From: Azolla caroliniana | Lineage: Eukaryota; Plantae; Polypodiophyta | Assembly: GCA_043228905.1 (NCBI GenBank) | Contig: JBHGNT010000017.1 | Coordinates: forward strand, 7,502,001 to 7,566,000 | Direction: 5' to 3' | Length of the DNA stretch: 64,000 nt | The notes under the pieces: model-generated | Seen by the model: the letters and a program-made list of their open reading frames with translations, nothing else | Databases searched by the model: none | What the model was told of the DNA's origin: nothing | Shown: positions 10,288-23,667 of the stretch, one piece after another | How positions within the stretch are numbered: position 1 is the first letter of the stretch | How the letters are laid out: each line of letters opens with the position of its first letter | Translations under genes and position numbers: made by a program

Positions 10288-13156
10288 TGTCGTGCCTTTC
10301 GGCGTCAGATTGTTGCGTGAGTCGGGTGGGAACCACTGGGGTTTTCGACTAGGAGGAGGAAGAATTTGAGACGAGTCTAGTTATGAATAGATTATTAGAA
10401 AGAGAGATAGAAACTTGTGAATCCCACAAGTATAGTTGTTTTAGTTTATCTTAATCGTAGTAATAAATTGAAATAGTTTAGAATACATTAGAGTAGATTG
10501 AGAAAAGAGATCAAAACTTCTGAATCCCACAAGTATTATATTAATCAATATTTATGTAAGAAAATGAATGTAGATTGAAAGAGAAGGATATAGAAACCTC
10601 GTGAATCCCATGAGTATAGGTTATTTCGTGAATCCCACGAATATAGTTTATTAATTGATGTTTTTTAGAAATATATCCAATTTCCAAATATTCCACACCC
10701 TTATTACATTGTGCTCCCCATCCTTATATAGTAATGAGAGAGTCTTGGCAATCCATGCTTTTTCTCTAATTATGCCCTCCATGCTTTTTCTATCAATAGA
10801 CTATATGCTTTCTCTAACATGCTTTTTCTAAAGTCATGCGTTTTTTTTATCGACTATAGTGTTCATGCACGCTAAATGTGCATGTGTAGCTTTTTCTTTT
10901 ATCATGCATTTTCCTAAAGTTTATCCTAGCATGAGCTTAACTTTCTATGTGGGACATCTAATTTTTGACACTAATGATATGTTAGTGTATTGGTAAGGCT
11001 TCACATTATTAACATAGAGGTACAAGGTTTGAAGCTTGCCCTATGCATGTATGATGTATTTTAACATTTTCTTCTATTTCTTCATATTTATTGAATCGGT
11101 TATTTATACGTTTTTCACGTAGTGTACAAAATACACTACGACACTCGCCCCCTCCGAACTCGCACATCGTCCGGTATGTGCCGAAGTTGTCGGTGATTGT
11201 CAGTCTCCTCCGTCCGGTCTCCGCCTGATTGGTTTCTTTGCCAGTCCCGTTGTGGGTTCTGTTCAGTTGCAGGTTGTCGGCTCTGCCCAGTCACTGGTTC
11301 TCGTAATTCTCCTTTACTCGTAGTACCCTTCGTTTCTCTCGCTATGTCGACTTTGTCTCTCCATTTTGAGCATATCCATTGTTTCCACCCGAACCATTCT
11401 CGCCATCCGATCCACCATAGTCTTCGTTCACTGTTTGCATGGCCATGGCCGATTGTCACGGCTCCTCGTGCTCCTCTTGAGCACTTCATGTCTTGTGCAT
11501 GTGCCATGCTTCCCACTTTGTCCACTTTTGTCATATAATCTCACGTTAGAGTTGGCAATCTTCATGTTATAGCCCTCCTTTGTCGAGATCTCATCCTTGG
11601 TAACACCCTTCAAATTTGCTTGGCCCACTTGGTCCTTGTCATCCTTTGTAGTGCACCTGCTTGACCTCTTCCTCGTAATCGTCAGCCTTGATCTCTTGGA
11701 CCTCTGGTTGAGTCGGATTAGCTTATTTCCGAATCGGTCTCGTCCAATCGTCTTTTGGTTGAATCGGCTTCCGTTCCGATTTGTATTCAGCCGATTCAGA
11801 CTCGGTTGATCGGTTTTTACCGATTCGGCCCCCTTTCGGGCCGGTTTCGACCAATCGATTTTCGTTCGAATTTGTTTCCTTTTCCTTGTTTTCACCGACC
11901 TCGACCGGTTCGACCTCTGACACTTCTTTCCATTGTCCGCTGTGTAGGTCCTCCGATTGGGCCCCAGGTCACTCCGATTGCACGTCGAATTCTGCCCCTC
12001 ACGTGACACCTTCGTTCCTCCTTTGGCTTGATCGTCCCCTCATCCTAAGCATCTCGTCATGCTGTCCCTCTCCGTTCCGCGCTTGCCTTCCGTAGGCTCT
12101 ACCCACACGTCGATGCCGACCTCCAAATATGCGCTTGCTCTTAGGTCCTTGTGCGGCTATAATGCACACTTCATTTTTCTCCGTAGTGCTTGCGTCGTAT
12201 TACGCCGTAGTGCATGCGTCGTATTACGCCGTAGTGCATGCTCCATTTTGCGCCATAGCGCGTGCTCCATATTACACGCTTCTCCCGACGCAGACCCGAC
12301 CTCCCCGTTGTCATGCTTTCGTTTAGATCAAAATTTTAGCCGGATCATCTTCCATCCGAACCGGCTTCCAACTTTACCTTCCTCACCAGCATCTCTTGTC
12401 TCTCCGGTCTTATGTTGCTTCTCGGACACAATTGCCGAAGTCTCTAGAACTAGTGGTGGGAAAGTTTTCATACGACCATCCGCCATTGCTTCGTCCATAG
12501 CCACCTCCAATTCTATGTCATCTTTTGTGGCGACCTCCTCAATCAAGTCCGCCTCACACTCTTTATCTCCCTCGATCATGCAAGCATCGATTATGCTTAC
12601 CCCTTTTTCACCCGATGTTTCGGATACTTGTATTCCGAAACCTTCTTCCGTTCTTGAAGTGGTGTTCGCCACTCTCAAGTCATCGACCTTATCCTTGGCC
12701 GTCGTTCTTTCGCAAGACAAGAGGATGCCTTGTTCCACACCCTCTCCCGTGGTACTATTGAATCGGCCTTCGGCCTTCGTATTAGCCACATCATTCATCC
12801 TTAATTGATCATCCCTCATACGCCATGTTGTTGCCGACAATATTCTCGTCTTCCTCTTATCATATCTTTGGCATACTCTTTCGACTTCAGCCCAATCCTC
12901 GGTAAGGACATTTGCACCATCATCATCTTCGAGTTCGATCCCAATGTCCATCCTTTCTTTCCGATCAATCGATCTTACGAACATTAGGACTTTATCCTCC
13001 CCCACCAATCTTTGTTCCCGCTCCGAGAGTTGAGAAAAATGATACTCAAACTCTAGGAATGCTTGTGTTACGCATCGGTGGGTCTTCTCCGATGCCACCC
13101 ATTCGTCGAACTCGCGCCAATCTCGTCCCTTTGGTCTCTCGTAATCATATGCTTCC

Positions 13157-16100
13157 TGTTGAGATATCAAGCTCAACTAGTTTAATCTAGTTAGTCAACA
13201 CATGTAACTTAGTAGTTACCTAGATCGAATCTAGTTAATGTGTTGACCTTAAGCCTTTAAATAAGACCTTGTACTTAAGTGGGATATTCTAGATCCTCCA
13301 CTCCTTAGTACATTTAATGTAGGACTTACACATAAGTACCTATGTTCTACTCACACATGTGCACCTTTGCACATGGGTTGTATATAAACCTCATTCTGGG
13401 TATTTTTGTATGTTGGTGACACTTTTCAATATAGTCAATCATCCCCCATTTATCTTCGTGTTCAAGTGTAACTTCCTCTCTCTCTCTCTCTTCCTCTCAC
13501 ACACTCTCACGTGCATATCATACTAATCTTCCGTTGCTTAACGTAACCATATAATTAGTCTCTAATTAACCCTAGTTAATTACCTAATTACTTAACATGG
13601 TATCAGAGTGCGTGGTTTAGGAAATCCACTAAGCCCACTGCTTATTCGTGATTGTGTGTTCGAAATGCCGACGACAAATCCCGGCTATTCGCTATCCGCT
13701 ACCGTAGTGCCGCTACGAAGGACGTGTACGTGACCAAGAGAAGAAAAACAAAACGAAAGACACAACAATCAACATGAACACACAAATGGGAAGCTCACTC
13801 CCTAGCGAAAAGCTAGACCGAAGCAACTATTCATCTTGGGAGTACAAGATGAATCAATACCTTGTCGGCCAAGGGTATTGGAGCTACATTAACGGCGCAC
13901 AAGAAAACAAACCCGAAATCACACACGCCAACTACCCAACGTGGGAGCAAGACGCGAGTTGGGTAATGTATTGCTTGGCAACATGTGTAAACGACCACAT
14001 GCTTAGCCACATTCGTGACGCCAAGACGCCCAAAGAGGCATGGGAAAATCTCAAGAAGGTTTTCGCCGTGGACACATCCGCGCGCAAGCTTCAACTCTGG
14101 CAAGAGTTGAACAACATACGACAAAAAGAAATGTCTGTGACGGACTACACCGCCAAGATCAAGAGCATTTGAGACTCTCTTGGCTCCATCAACGTCAACA
14201 TCGACGAAGATGAGATGGTGCAAGTATGCTTGGGCGACCTTGCACAACGATTCAACCCGTTGAGAACAACAATCTTGGCGAGAGATACCCCTCCCTCGTT
14301 CTTCAACCTCCAATCAATGCTATTGGTCGAAGAAAACCACGTTCAATCAAAGACTAACACATTGGAAGGAAAAATGCTCTTCTCCGATATGGATGGTGCC
14401 CATAGACGAGGTCGAAGCGGAAGAGGTCAATTCGACCTATCCCACGAAGGGAATTCACAATTTCAGCAAGGAAACGGAAGCCATCGAGGAACCTTCACAA
14501 GAAGGCAGGGCTTCCACGCCGAACAAGGTCGGTGAACGACACCACCTATGTGCAACTATTGCGGAAAAATCGGCCATCGCGAAGAGGAGTGCTGAAAAAG
14601 ACGAAGCGAGTCGGCTTCAACAAGCCGGCAACTCACAAATTACACTGCGAACGCGGAATACGCGGACTACAGCGGACTCTTCGTGATGAGGCATAGAGCG
14701 AACTCTATGATGGCCTCCAATCCCGCAAACTCCGCAAGCACCTCCAACTCTGAACACGCGTGGTTCGTAGACTCCGGTGCCTCGCACCACATGACGTCGC
14801 ACCAAGAGTAGTTTCGCGACTTGCGAACGCCGGATCGACCCGGCTACATAGAGACCGGAGACGACACTCTGCATCCCATTCGGCACATTGGCGATGTCCC
14901 ATTTGGGAAAGAAGGCGAGCAAACCTGCATCAAGAATGTCTTGCACGTTGTCATGAAGAAAACCGCCCACAAGAGGAATCGGAGGAACAAGGCGTGGGAA
15001 ACGGCTCTACACACACACGCGCGCCAAGAAGTACCTAAGGACGAAGTAGGTACATACGAGGATCCTAGGTGGGTAGATTCGGTTGGTATGCAGTTAATGC
15101 CAAACGGCCTCTTGACGGGCTATAAAAGGAAGAGGAAGAATAGAAGTGGGGTATCTCCCGCGGAGAGGACGAAGTGCTGCCGAACCGATTTTGGAGCTTC
15201 TCTCTCACTCCTGCTCTCTCTGTCTTCTGCTCCATCGCGTACCTGTGCAGGTTTCGAGGAGGCTTGCGCTGTTCCGTGGAACGCCCCGAGTGCGTCCTGC
15301 AGCACCTCCGACCTGTTTTCCCTTTTTGTGCGTCGCGACATACAGGGGTCGGCAGCTGTTCGCCGCCCTGTTCGTTTTCGTTAGTATCTATTTTGTGCCC
15401 CACCGTGGGTTGTAATACTTTAGTCTGTTATTTTCTTGCATTCATAAGCGCATATCTCTCGTTGTTGCGTCCATCTGCGTCGGCGTTTATTTGTGATCTC
15501 TGTTTGTTGGGCCGTGTCCCTGTGCAATCGTCGGTTCTGCGCAATCGGATCTTCGGTTCTGTGTAATCGGGTCTCTCTCTCTTACTCCTCTCTCTCTTGC
15601 TCTTCGGTTCGAGACCCCCGTGGTCCCTCCTCCTTTCTACACGCAAGGGCGTAGCAACCCCGACAACGTGCCCACAATAACAAAGAATTTGGTCTCAGTC
15701 GGCCAAATCGTGGAGCAAGGCATGCAAGTCTGCTTCAACAATGAAGGTTGCTTCATCAAGAAAGACGGCCGACTCATAGCCAAGGGACGGAGAGATGGTC
15801 GCTTGTTCATCCTCGACTCGAACGAGGTAAAATCGGCTATGTACGCTAAAGCTCTCAAGACTGAGACAAACATCGAGTTGTGGCACAAGCGAATCGGCCA
15901 CATAAACCTCCAATGACTTCGCGGAATGCAATCAAAGGGAGTCGTACTCAAACTTCCGGCCTTCGAATCAAAACGAGTTGACCGAGTGTGCGAAGCATGC
16001 CAACTCGGCAAACAATATCGACTCCCATTCCCGAAGGAGAGCTCTGCAAGCAAAGGCCTCCTTGACATAATCCACTCGGACGTATGGGGACCGGCTCAAA

Positions 16101-17844
16101 CGCCGACGCTCGATGGATGCCGCTACTACGTCACATTCATCGACGACCACTCGCGCTACGCGTGGATATACCCGATGAAGAAGAAGAGCGAAGTGTTGTC
16201 TCACTTTCAAAGGCTCAAACACCAAGTGTAGAAAGAAACCAGTCGGCACATTCGATGCCTACGATCGGACGGAGGAAATGAGTACTTCTCTGACGAGTTC
16301 ACCTCCTACCTCCAAGGTGAAGGCATTCATAGAGAATTCTCATGCCGACACACTCCCCAAAAAAATGGAGTCGCTGAAAGGAAGAATCGGCAAATACTTA
16401 AGGTAGCACGCGCCATGATGCATGAGAAGCAGATGCCAAATTTCTATTGGGCCGAAGCGGCATCCACGGCCCTCTATCTCATGAATCGGTGCACCACCAA
16501 TGGATTCCACGAGCTAACTCCATATGAGCTCCTCGTCGGAAGGAAGCACATCCTCTCGCACCTCAAGGTGTTTGGAAGCATTGCGAATGTACGCATCCCG
16601 AACGAAAGTCGAGAGAAGCCCAACGTGAAGTCAGAAGAATGTATCCTCATAGGATACTTGTCCAAGAAAAAGGCGTACAAGTGCTTCAACCCTTCGACCT
16701 GAGCGGTGCGGATAAGTCGCGATGTCGTTTTCGACGAATCGGCATCTTGGTATAAGCTCGATGCGACTCCATCTGACCCAATCGAGGAAGAGTTGAACGC
16801 CAACTCGGACGATGAAACTCAGCCAAGTCCTCCACCGAAGGACATTCCAAGCTCTACCGAGCTAATTGGCCCACAAGAGCCTCCACGCGATGAAAACACG
16901 TCGCGGCCAAGTCCGACATCGGACAAAGGCAAAGGTAAGATGCCCAAATACGAAGTCGAGGTCCACCCCGACGACTGTGATTCGAATGATTCAGCTCGCT
17001 CACTAGACAGTGAGTTTGGTGTACCCATCATGAGGACACCCGGAGTAAAGAGGGTGCTCACATCGACAAACAAGAAACTCCACCGCTCATCACAAGCGAA
17101 GACCCAAGTCACTCGTTACGCCTACAACGAGTATATGGCCCATCACTATGCCCTCGCGATGAAGGTAGTGGCCGAACAAGAGCCCGAGGATCCAAGCCTT
17201 CGTCACAAGCTTGAGGGGGAGAATAAGCCGCGAAGAGCCGCGCAAAAAAGCCGTAGAGAGCCGCGCAACGAGGCCGCGAAGACGCGGAGAGCCACGCAAC
17301 GAAGCCACGAAGCCGCGAGGAAAGTCGCAAGCCGCACCGATGCCGACGAAGCCAAAGGAAGCTAAACCGGATGTTGGACGCCTCACACTTGAGCTTGAGG
17401 GGGCGTGTTGAGATATCAAGCTCAACTAGTTTAATCTAGTTAGTCAACACATGTAACTTAGTAGTTACCTAGATCGAATCTAGTTAATGTGTTGACCTTA
17501 AGCCTTTAAATAGGACCTTGTACTTAAGTGGGATATTCTAGATCCTCCACTCCTTAGTACAATTAATGTAGGACTTACACATAAGTACCTATGTTCTACC
17601 CACACATGTGCACCTTTGCACATGGGTTGTATATATACCTCATTATGGGTATTTTTGTATGTTGATGACACTTTTCAATATAGTCAATCATCCCCCATTT
17701 ATCTTCGTGTTCAAGTGTAACTTCCTCTCTCTCTCTCTTCCTCTCACACACCCTCACGTGCATATCATACTAATCTTCTGTTGCTTAACGTAACCATATA
17801 ATTAGTCTCTAATTAACCCTAGTTAATGATCTAATTACTTAACA
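13157..17844 (+). mobile_element. Ty1/copia element (second family) lacking RT and RNase H
   Basis: LTRs 13157-13597 and 17406-17844, TSD CTTCC, PBS TGGTATCAGAG at 13598, PPT 17397-17405. gag/PR/IN occur with stops (13774-17190) and no RT follows. Confidence 0.93.
14949..15665 (+). mobile_element. Solo LTR (Trp-PBS group) inserted in copia coding sequence
   Basis: TGTCA..CGACA termini with 4-bp TSD ACGT (14945-14948 and 15666-15669). Removing it restores NVLHVPTITKNL. Confidence 0.9.
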
Positions 17845-19429
17845 CTTCCAATATAGCTTTCTCAAAGGAGACCCACATTGGTTTTTGTTGTCGTATATCG
17901 TAGATGCTCTCTTGGAAGTCGTCTATGGCCACCCGACTGAAGGATATCACTTGCAAACCTTTTGGTATCCCACATTGCACCATCTCCGCCTTGTATTCAC
18001 ATAGATAGTGTGACGCATTCTTTCCGTTGAATTGTTCATTTCGTTGTACGAGCCGTTTTACTGCCGTCGTCATGTCTGACATCGCTCGTTGTTCTTGTAG
18101 CATCCGCTCGAGCATCATCATCATCATTTTCATCGCCTCTTTTTGATTCTCCATCTCCTTGCCACCTGTCTTCACGTCAGGTTCACCACTTGTGTCGTGC
18201 CTTTCGGCGTCAGATCGTTGTGTGAGTCGGGTGGGAACCATTGGGGTTTTCGACTAGGAGGAGGAAGAATTTGAGACGAGTCTAGTTATGAATAGATTAT
18301 TAGAAAGAGAGATAGAAACTTGTGAATCCCACAAGTATAGTTGTTTTAGTTTATCTTAATCGTAGTAATAAATTGAAATAGTTTAGAATACATTAGAGTA
18401 GATTGAGAAAAGAGATCAAAACTTCTGAATCCCATAAGTATTATATTAATCAATATTTATGTAAGAATATGAATGTAGATTGAAAGAGAAGGATATAGAA
18501 ACCTCGTGAATCCCATGACTATAGTTTCCACACCCTTATTACATTGTGCTCCCCTTCCTTATATAGTGATGAGAGAGTCTTGGCAATCCATGCTTTTTCT
18601 CTAATTATGCCCTCCATGCTTTTTCTATCAATAGACTATATGCTTTCTCTAACATGCTTTTTCTAAAGTCATGCGTTTTTTTTTATCAACTATAGTGTTC
18701 ATGCACGCTAAATGTGCATGTGTAGCTTTTTCTTTTATCATGCGTTTTCCTAAAGTTTATCCTAGCATGAACTTACCTTTCTATGTGAGACATCTATCAA
18801 TTTTTTATACTAATGATATGTTAGTGTAATGGTAAGGCTTCACATTATTAACATGGAGGTATAAGGTTTGAATCTTGCCCTATGCATGTATGATGTATTT
18901 TAACATTTTCATCTATTTCTTTATATTTATTCAATCGGTTATTTTATACGTTTTTCACCTACTGTACAAAATATACTACGACAACGTAATATGCACTGAT
19001 ATATCCGACATGTGTGTATGTATGTATATATGTAAGTATTGTAGTTTGTATGGCCCCATATAACCTATAGATATATATATATATATGGCGATATGTGGAA
19101 TATGTATGTATGTATAGATAATGTAATGCATCAGATTCTATGTATGTATATGTGTAATGTATGTAAATTTGTATATTGTGTAATATGTATGGATTATATG
19201 ATATGTAATTGTAATTTTTTATGTGTATGTGTATATATAATGTGTAATTTATTTATGTATGTATATTTTTTGTGTTTGGTATGTATATTTTTATGTGCAT
19301 AATAATATATGTGTGCAATAAATAATATACAAAATATGTTTATAAGCATGTGTATGTGTATATGTAATATGTACTTTTTATCCATGTATTATTGTGTGTC
19401 AATACATATGGCTTTTTTTTTGTTTCTTT

Positions 19430-19740
19430 TTCCAAAATCATTTCCTTCATTAGTATTAAGAAAAAATGTTGAAAGGCTACACAATGTACAATTAGAGAGT
19501 ATTATATACAAAAAGGATGTTCAGGGGAAGGGCCAAGGGTGATGATATTTCTAGATTGGTCCATGAGAGGAGACCGTGAATAGAGGCAACTTCCTCCATA
19601 ACTGCAGTAATGTTTTCCTTTCCTTAAGAACAACCTCCGAAGAGCCCGACATATTGTCATATTGCCCACGCACTACCGCCAATAAGCTCTCTCATCATTC
19701 TGGCAATATATCTGAGAGAAGGGGAATTCTATTATTATAA
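19430..19740 (-). mobile_element. L1-like LINE 3' end fragment
   Basis: Reverse-complement match to 33370-33665. Confidence 0.6.
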
Positions 19741-20429
19741 TATGTATGTAGCATATATGCATTTACATATATGTATTTATGTATGTGTATGTATGTATTT
19801 ACATATCATAATATATATTTGTACATATATTCATGTTTAGTCAGTATGCATGTATACATGGGTGTAATGTATCTATATACATATTCATGGATGTAATGTT
19901 TAAATGTAGGTATATATGCAATAATGCATGTGTATGTATGTATGTATGTATGTATGTATGTATGTATGTATGCTACTTCAACTTTGATTATTGTTTGCAC
20001 AATATGTTGTTACCATCTCATTGGAATATCTAATATTTCATGGGCTTATGTAATTTTTTCCTCCACCATAATTGATAATACCCTTATGTAAATATATTTT
20101 TTATGTATTTATCAATACTCTTATATATACATTCTGTATCTCAATGATTAATTTAAACCCCTTTTGATGAACTCACATGCTATTATACAAGTTTTAACAG
20201 TGAAGCCCAGGATAAATGCATAGAATATTATACATAATTGTTGGATGTACAAGTGTGTAAAGAGTACATAAGTTTTAAGGAGTATAGTAAAAAATCATGT
20301 ATCACATGATGTTTCACAATCATTAGATGTTGATGCTTCAGAGGATGAGGTGGAACACATCATATCATATCCTAGGTTAACAAATAACTCTTCTAGAAAT
20401 ATGTAATAAAGTTAAAGGGGCCTTTTACG

Positions 20430-22030
20430 GTCTTATTTCAAAAGGTGTGGACATGAGGGGAAATGCCTCATTCTTGGAAGATTGGTTTGATAAAACTTTT
20501 GTCAAAGGTTAATTCTCCATCTTCCTTTGCTTAGAGTATGCATATTTCGTTGTTGGGGGGAACATAGAAGTTTTTTGCAAAAGTGATGGCCAAATGCTCA
20601 ATATGGGTTCTAAGCGAAAACAGACATTTTACACAATAAATGTTCAAATGACAATTGACTATGCATATGAGTCTAAACAAGAATTAGTGTTGATATAATT
20701 GGATACTGAGAAAGCCTATGATAATGTGGATTGGTAATTTATAAATCAATTGATGTTTCATACGGGTTTTGGTGATCGTATGTCTAGTTGATATACACAT
20801 TAGAGGGTTCGATTTCACATGTGATGTTTAATGGAGGAGTAACAACATAACCTATTTCTCTTCAGAGATAAGTTAGAAAAGGATGCTCGGTCAATCCTTT
20901 ACTATTTACTATTGTAACACATCGTATTCTTGTTAAGTTACATAATATGGCTATGGAGGAGGAATTGATTGGACTAAGTTTGCCATTAAGGAAGCCATAT
21001 ATAGTTCAAGCTCTCACAAATAACCATATCATGTTTTTGGCACCTGATTGGGAAAATGTTAGTAAGACGACAAATGTATGACAATTTTTTTCAAATGCTT
21101 CAAGTTTGAGAATTAATATGCATAAATTTGTCCTCATTTCATGTACAAAACAAGATGTGTTACGGTTGGGGTGGTCAAGAAGGATAGTACATCGTGCTAT
21201 GATTGGACGTCACCTTGGATATCCAATTGGGGTGGAAGTTTCTCATGTGAAACTTAGTGAGTGGGTATCCAAAAGGTTGGAGAATAATTTTCATGTATGA
21301 CTTATGTTGGTCCAATCGATTATGCTCTCTATTGTGTCTTATTATATTCCTTTGCTACCTCGGTCAAAGAAAGCTCTTGAAATGTTGTTACACTCAATGT
21401 CAATGTTGTTGTGGAAAAGAAAAGTGAAAAATGCCTTATTGTGGTTGACATGGCATCATGGTTTTTCTCTGAAGTGTCTTGTTGGGGAATCAATATTGAA
21501 TTTATATGGACATATGGTGGCTTGTCGATTTATTTTCATTCAATTTATGTTTGAGGGTGTACAACCTTCGATCGAAATGGTGATATACACGTGACAATTG
21601 AAGCTGATTGGTGGAATGTCATTAATTTTAAAATGGGTTTCAAATGTACAAGGTCTTTGATAGTTAATCATTTGTTGACATCTTGGCAAACTATGTTGGG
21701 ATTTTGTAGAATGACATCCTCCACGAGAATGAGGATGTGCCAATTCATTACAAATGGAGGTTTTGACGACATCAAGGTTGTTGAGGTGGGAAGGTAAACA
21801 ACGCCTTAACCTTCAATTTAATTGGATGGATAGATTGGGTTTGGTAATAGTCAATGATGCTATATATTGGTGTCACAAAGAGGACTAATGGCCTTTCAAA
21901 CAACAAGATTAACATTTCGTATTCCCAAAGGTTATACCTTTATATTCGAATAAGTTGCAAGAATTACTATCTTCATATGAGCCAATTCTTGATTTAGATG
22001 GGGGATATCAAGAGCTTGATTGGATGTTTG
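20430..22030 (+). mobile_element. Heavily decayed L1-like LINE reverse-transcriptase region
   Basis: Remnant motifs DTEKAYDNVDW, RKGCSVNPLLF and RHLGYPIG with many stops. Confidence 0.7.
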
Positions 22031-22632
22031 GTGGACGTTTTCATGTTACGTGTTGGTTTATTTTCTTTTCTATAAATAGTTTTACATTTTGAATTATTTT
22101 AGCTAATTAGTTTATTACAATGCATTGAAAGTCAAAGTACACTCGTTTTGCATGCATATCCTAATAATTTGACAATTCGATTGGAGGAATTCTTTAAGCC
22201 TTTCTCAAACATTTGCAATCTTATGTATATTGTCTACCATTTCGTTTATTGGAGACTATGAGGTCTACTCTACAACACACACTTTCATTTTTATGCTTTA
22301 CATAGACCTCACATGGGAAATGTAGTACATATAGTTTTCATTCTAAGTGGCTATAGTTAAGGTCAAAACTTGAGATCCACAGCGAGGTAATATTGAGCTT
22401 GTATAGATGATAAAACTTTGTGTGCAATATTGATGGGATGATAATAATACATTTTGAACTTCCAAAAAATTTACATGTTACAAGATATACAATGTTTGTA
22501 CAAGGCTTTGGAAAATTTAGAGTTAAAAGAAAAACAAATTAAAGATGCATGCATTTGCCTCTGGCACATGAATTATTGGTACTATTTTATTTTCACCCAC
22601 TTATGCTCCTCCCTATATAATACATCCAATTA

Positions 22633-23667
22633 TTATGAAGCGTTACTAGCTGCAACAGCAATAATGATAAGGACAGCCCCAATGATGCTCTGCAAGAACA
22701 CAAATTGAGACATTTAGCGAGTTTAAAGGTGTATAATTTAGCGAGTTTAAAGGGGGGGGGGGGGGGGGGGGGGGGGGTTGATCACATAGTACATGGATTG
22801 TGAACTTTATAATTGAATAATTCTAATGTTTAAAGCCATTTGTTCCCCAACAATCTACTGCTCACCATTATAAGGCATCCGAGTAGGCCAGCCTTATCTC
22901 TCGGTTTGTGAGGCGTACAGTACAGGATTGCGCCGACAATCCAGGCGAGATATATAAACCACCCAACACCAAACCTACACACACACACACACACAACATG
23001 TTAGACACAAAGCATGAGAACCAATCATTGTAGGTATAGGAAACAATCTAAACCTTTTCTAATCCAATTGAATTTCCAAAGATGCACTAAGTATTGTTGC
23101 AATGTCACAAATCTGAACTTGTATACAAGCAAATTTTTATTTTCTTTTTGTAACTGATGAATTGTGTTCCCTAGCTTGTTCTTACATATTAGGCTGATGT
23201 ATTTAGTATTTATTGTGTACCCAAATTTATTCCTTGATGTTTACACATCACTTACAATATCCAGCCGACTCCGCATTCGCATCCTGGTTCGGGGTTAACT
23301 ACTGTGGTATTGTGGATAATAATTTGAGGCTCTACAAGAAAGCAAATAAGATCTTACTAGGATTGCCGAAAAGCAATTACAGACAGAGCAATACATTAAG
23401 GAACAAAAGGGAAAGGAACGAAGGAAATTAGAGTTGTGGTGGATGATGATGACCAGCTTGAGTAGGGGGGGGCTGGGGATATCCAGTGACAGGAGGATCA
23501 TAGCCGTTATTGATCTTCGGATCGATGGCAGCTGCCGCAGGGGCGGGGTTATGTTGGCCTGCATATTGTTGACCGACATTACTGTATTGTTGATCATATT
23601 CGGGTCCTGCAGGAACTGGAATTGGAGGAGGAGGGTAGGAAGAGGGATAAGTGGGCTTTCCATCCAT
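22633..23667 (-). CDS. 4-exon, 141-aa Pro-rich small membrane protein resembling the plant family misannotated as 60S ribosomal protein L18a-like
   Basis: Exons 23667-23454, 23301-23256, 22974-22866 and 22689-22633 with GT-AG introns and consistent phases. Product: MDGKPTYPSSYPPPP...CECGVGWILFGVGWFIYLAWIVGAILYCTPHKPRDKAGLLGCLIMSIIGAVLIIIAVAASNAS*. The first donor (GTCATC) is weak. Confidence 0.8.

Larger units (their letters stand above)
10288..18983 (-). mobile_element. Non-autonomous gypsy-like LTR element (Trp-PBS group, copy 1) carrying a nested copia
   Basis: LTRs 10288-11143 and 18193-18983 (TGTCG..CGACA). PBS 18171-18188 is 17/18 complementary to the plant tRNA-Trp 3' end as recalled. 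PPT at about 11144-11156; 4-bp TSD ACAT/ACGT; gag-like frame 18153-17845 continuing at 13156-12328; no pol motifs. Confidence 0.88.

Noticed and set aside
9854-10369. Cys/Tyr/Met/His-rich ORFs (also 19093-20033 and 36280-37265)
   Set aside because: These are translations of TA/TG microsatellites.
22752-22777. 26-nt poly-G run as a G-quadruplex element
   Set aside because: An intronic homopolymer with error-prone length and no evidence of function.
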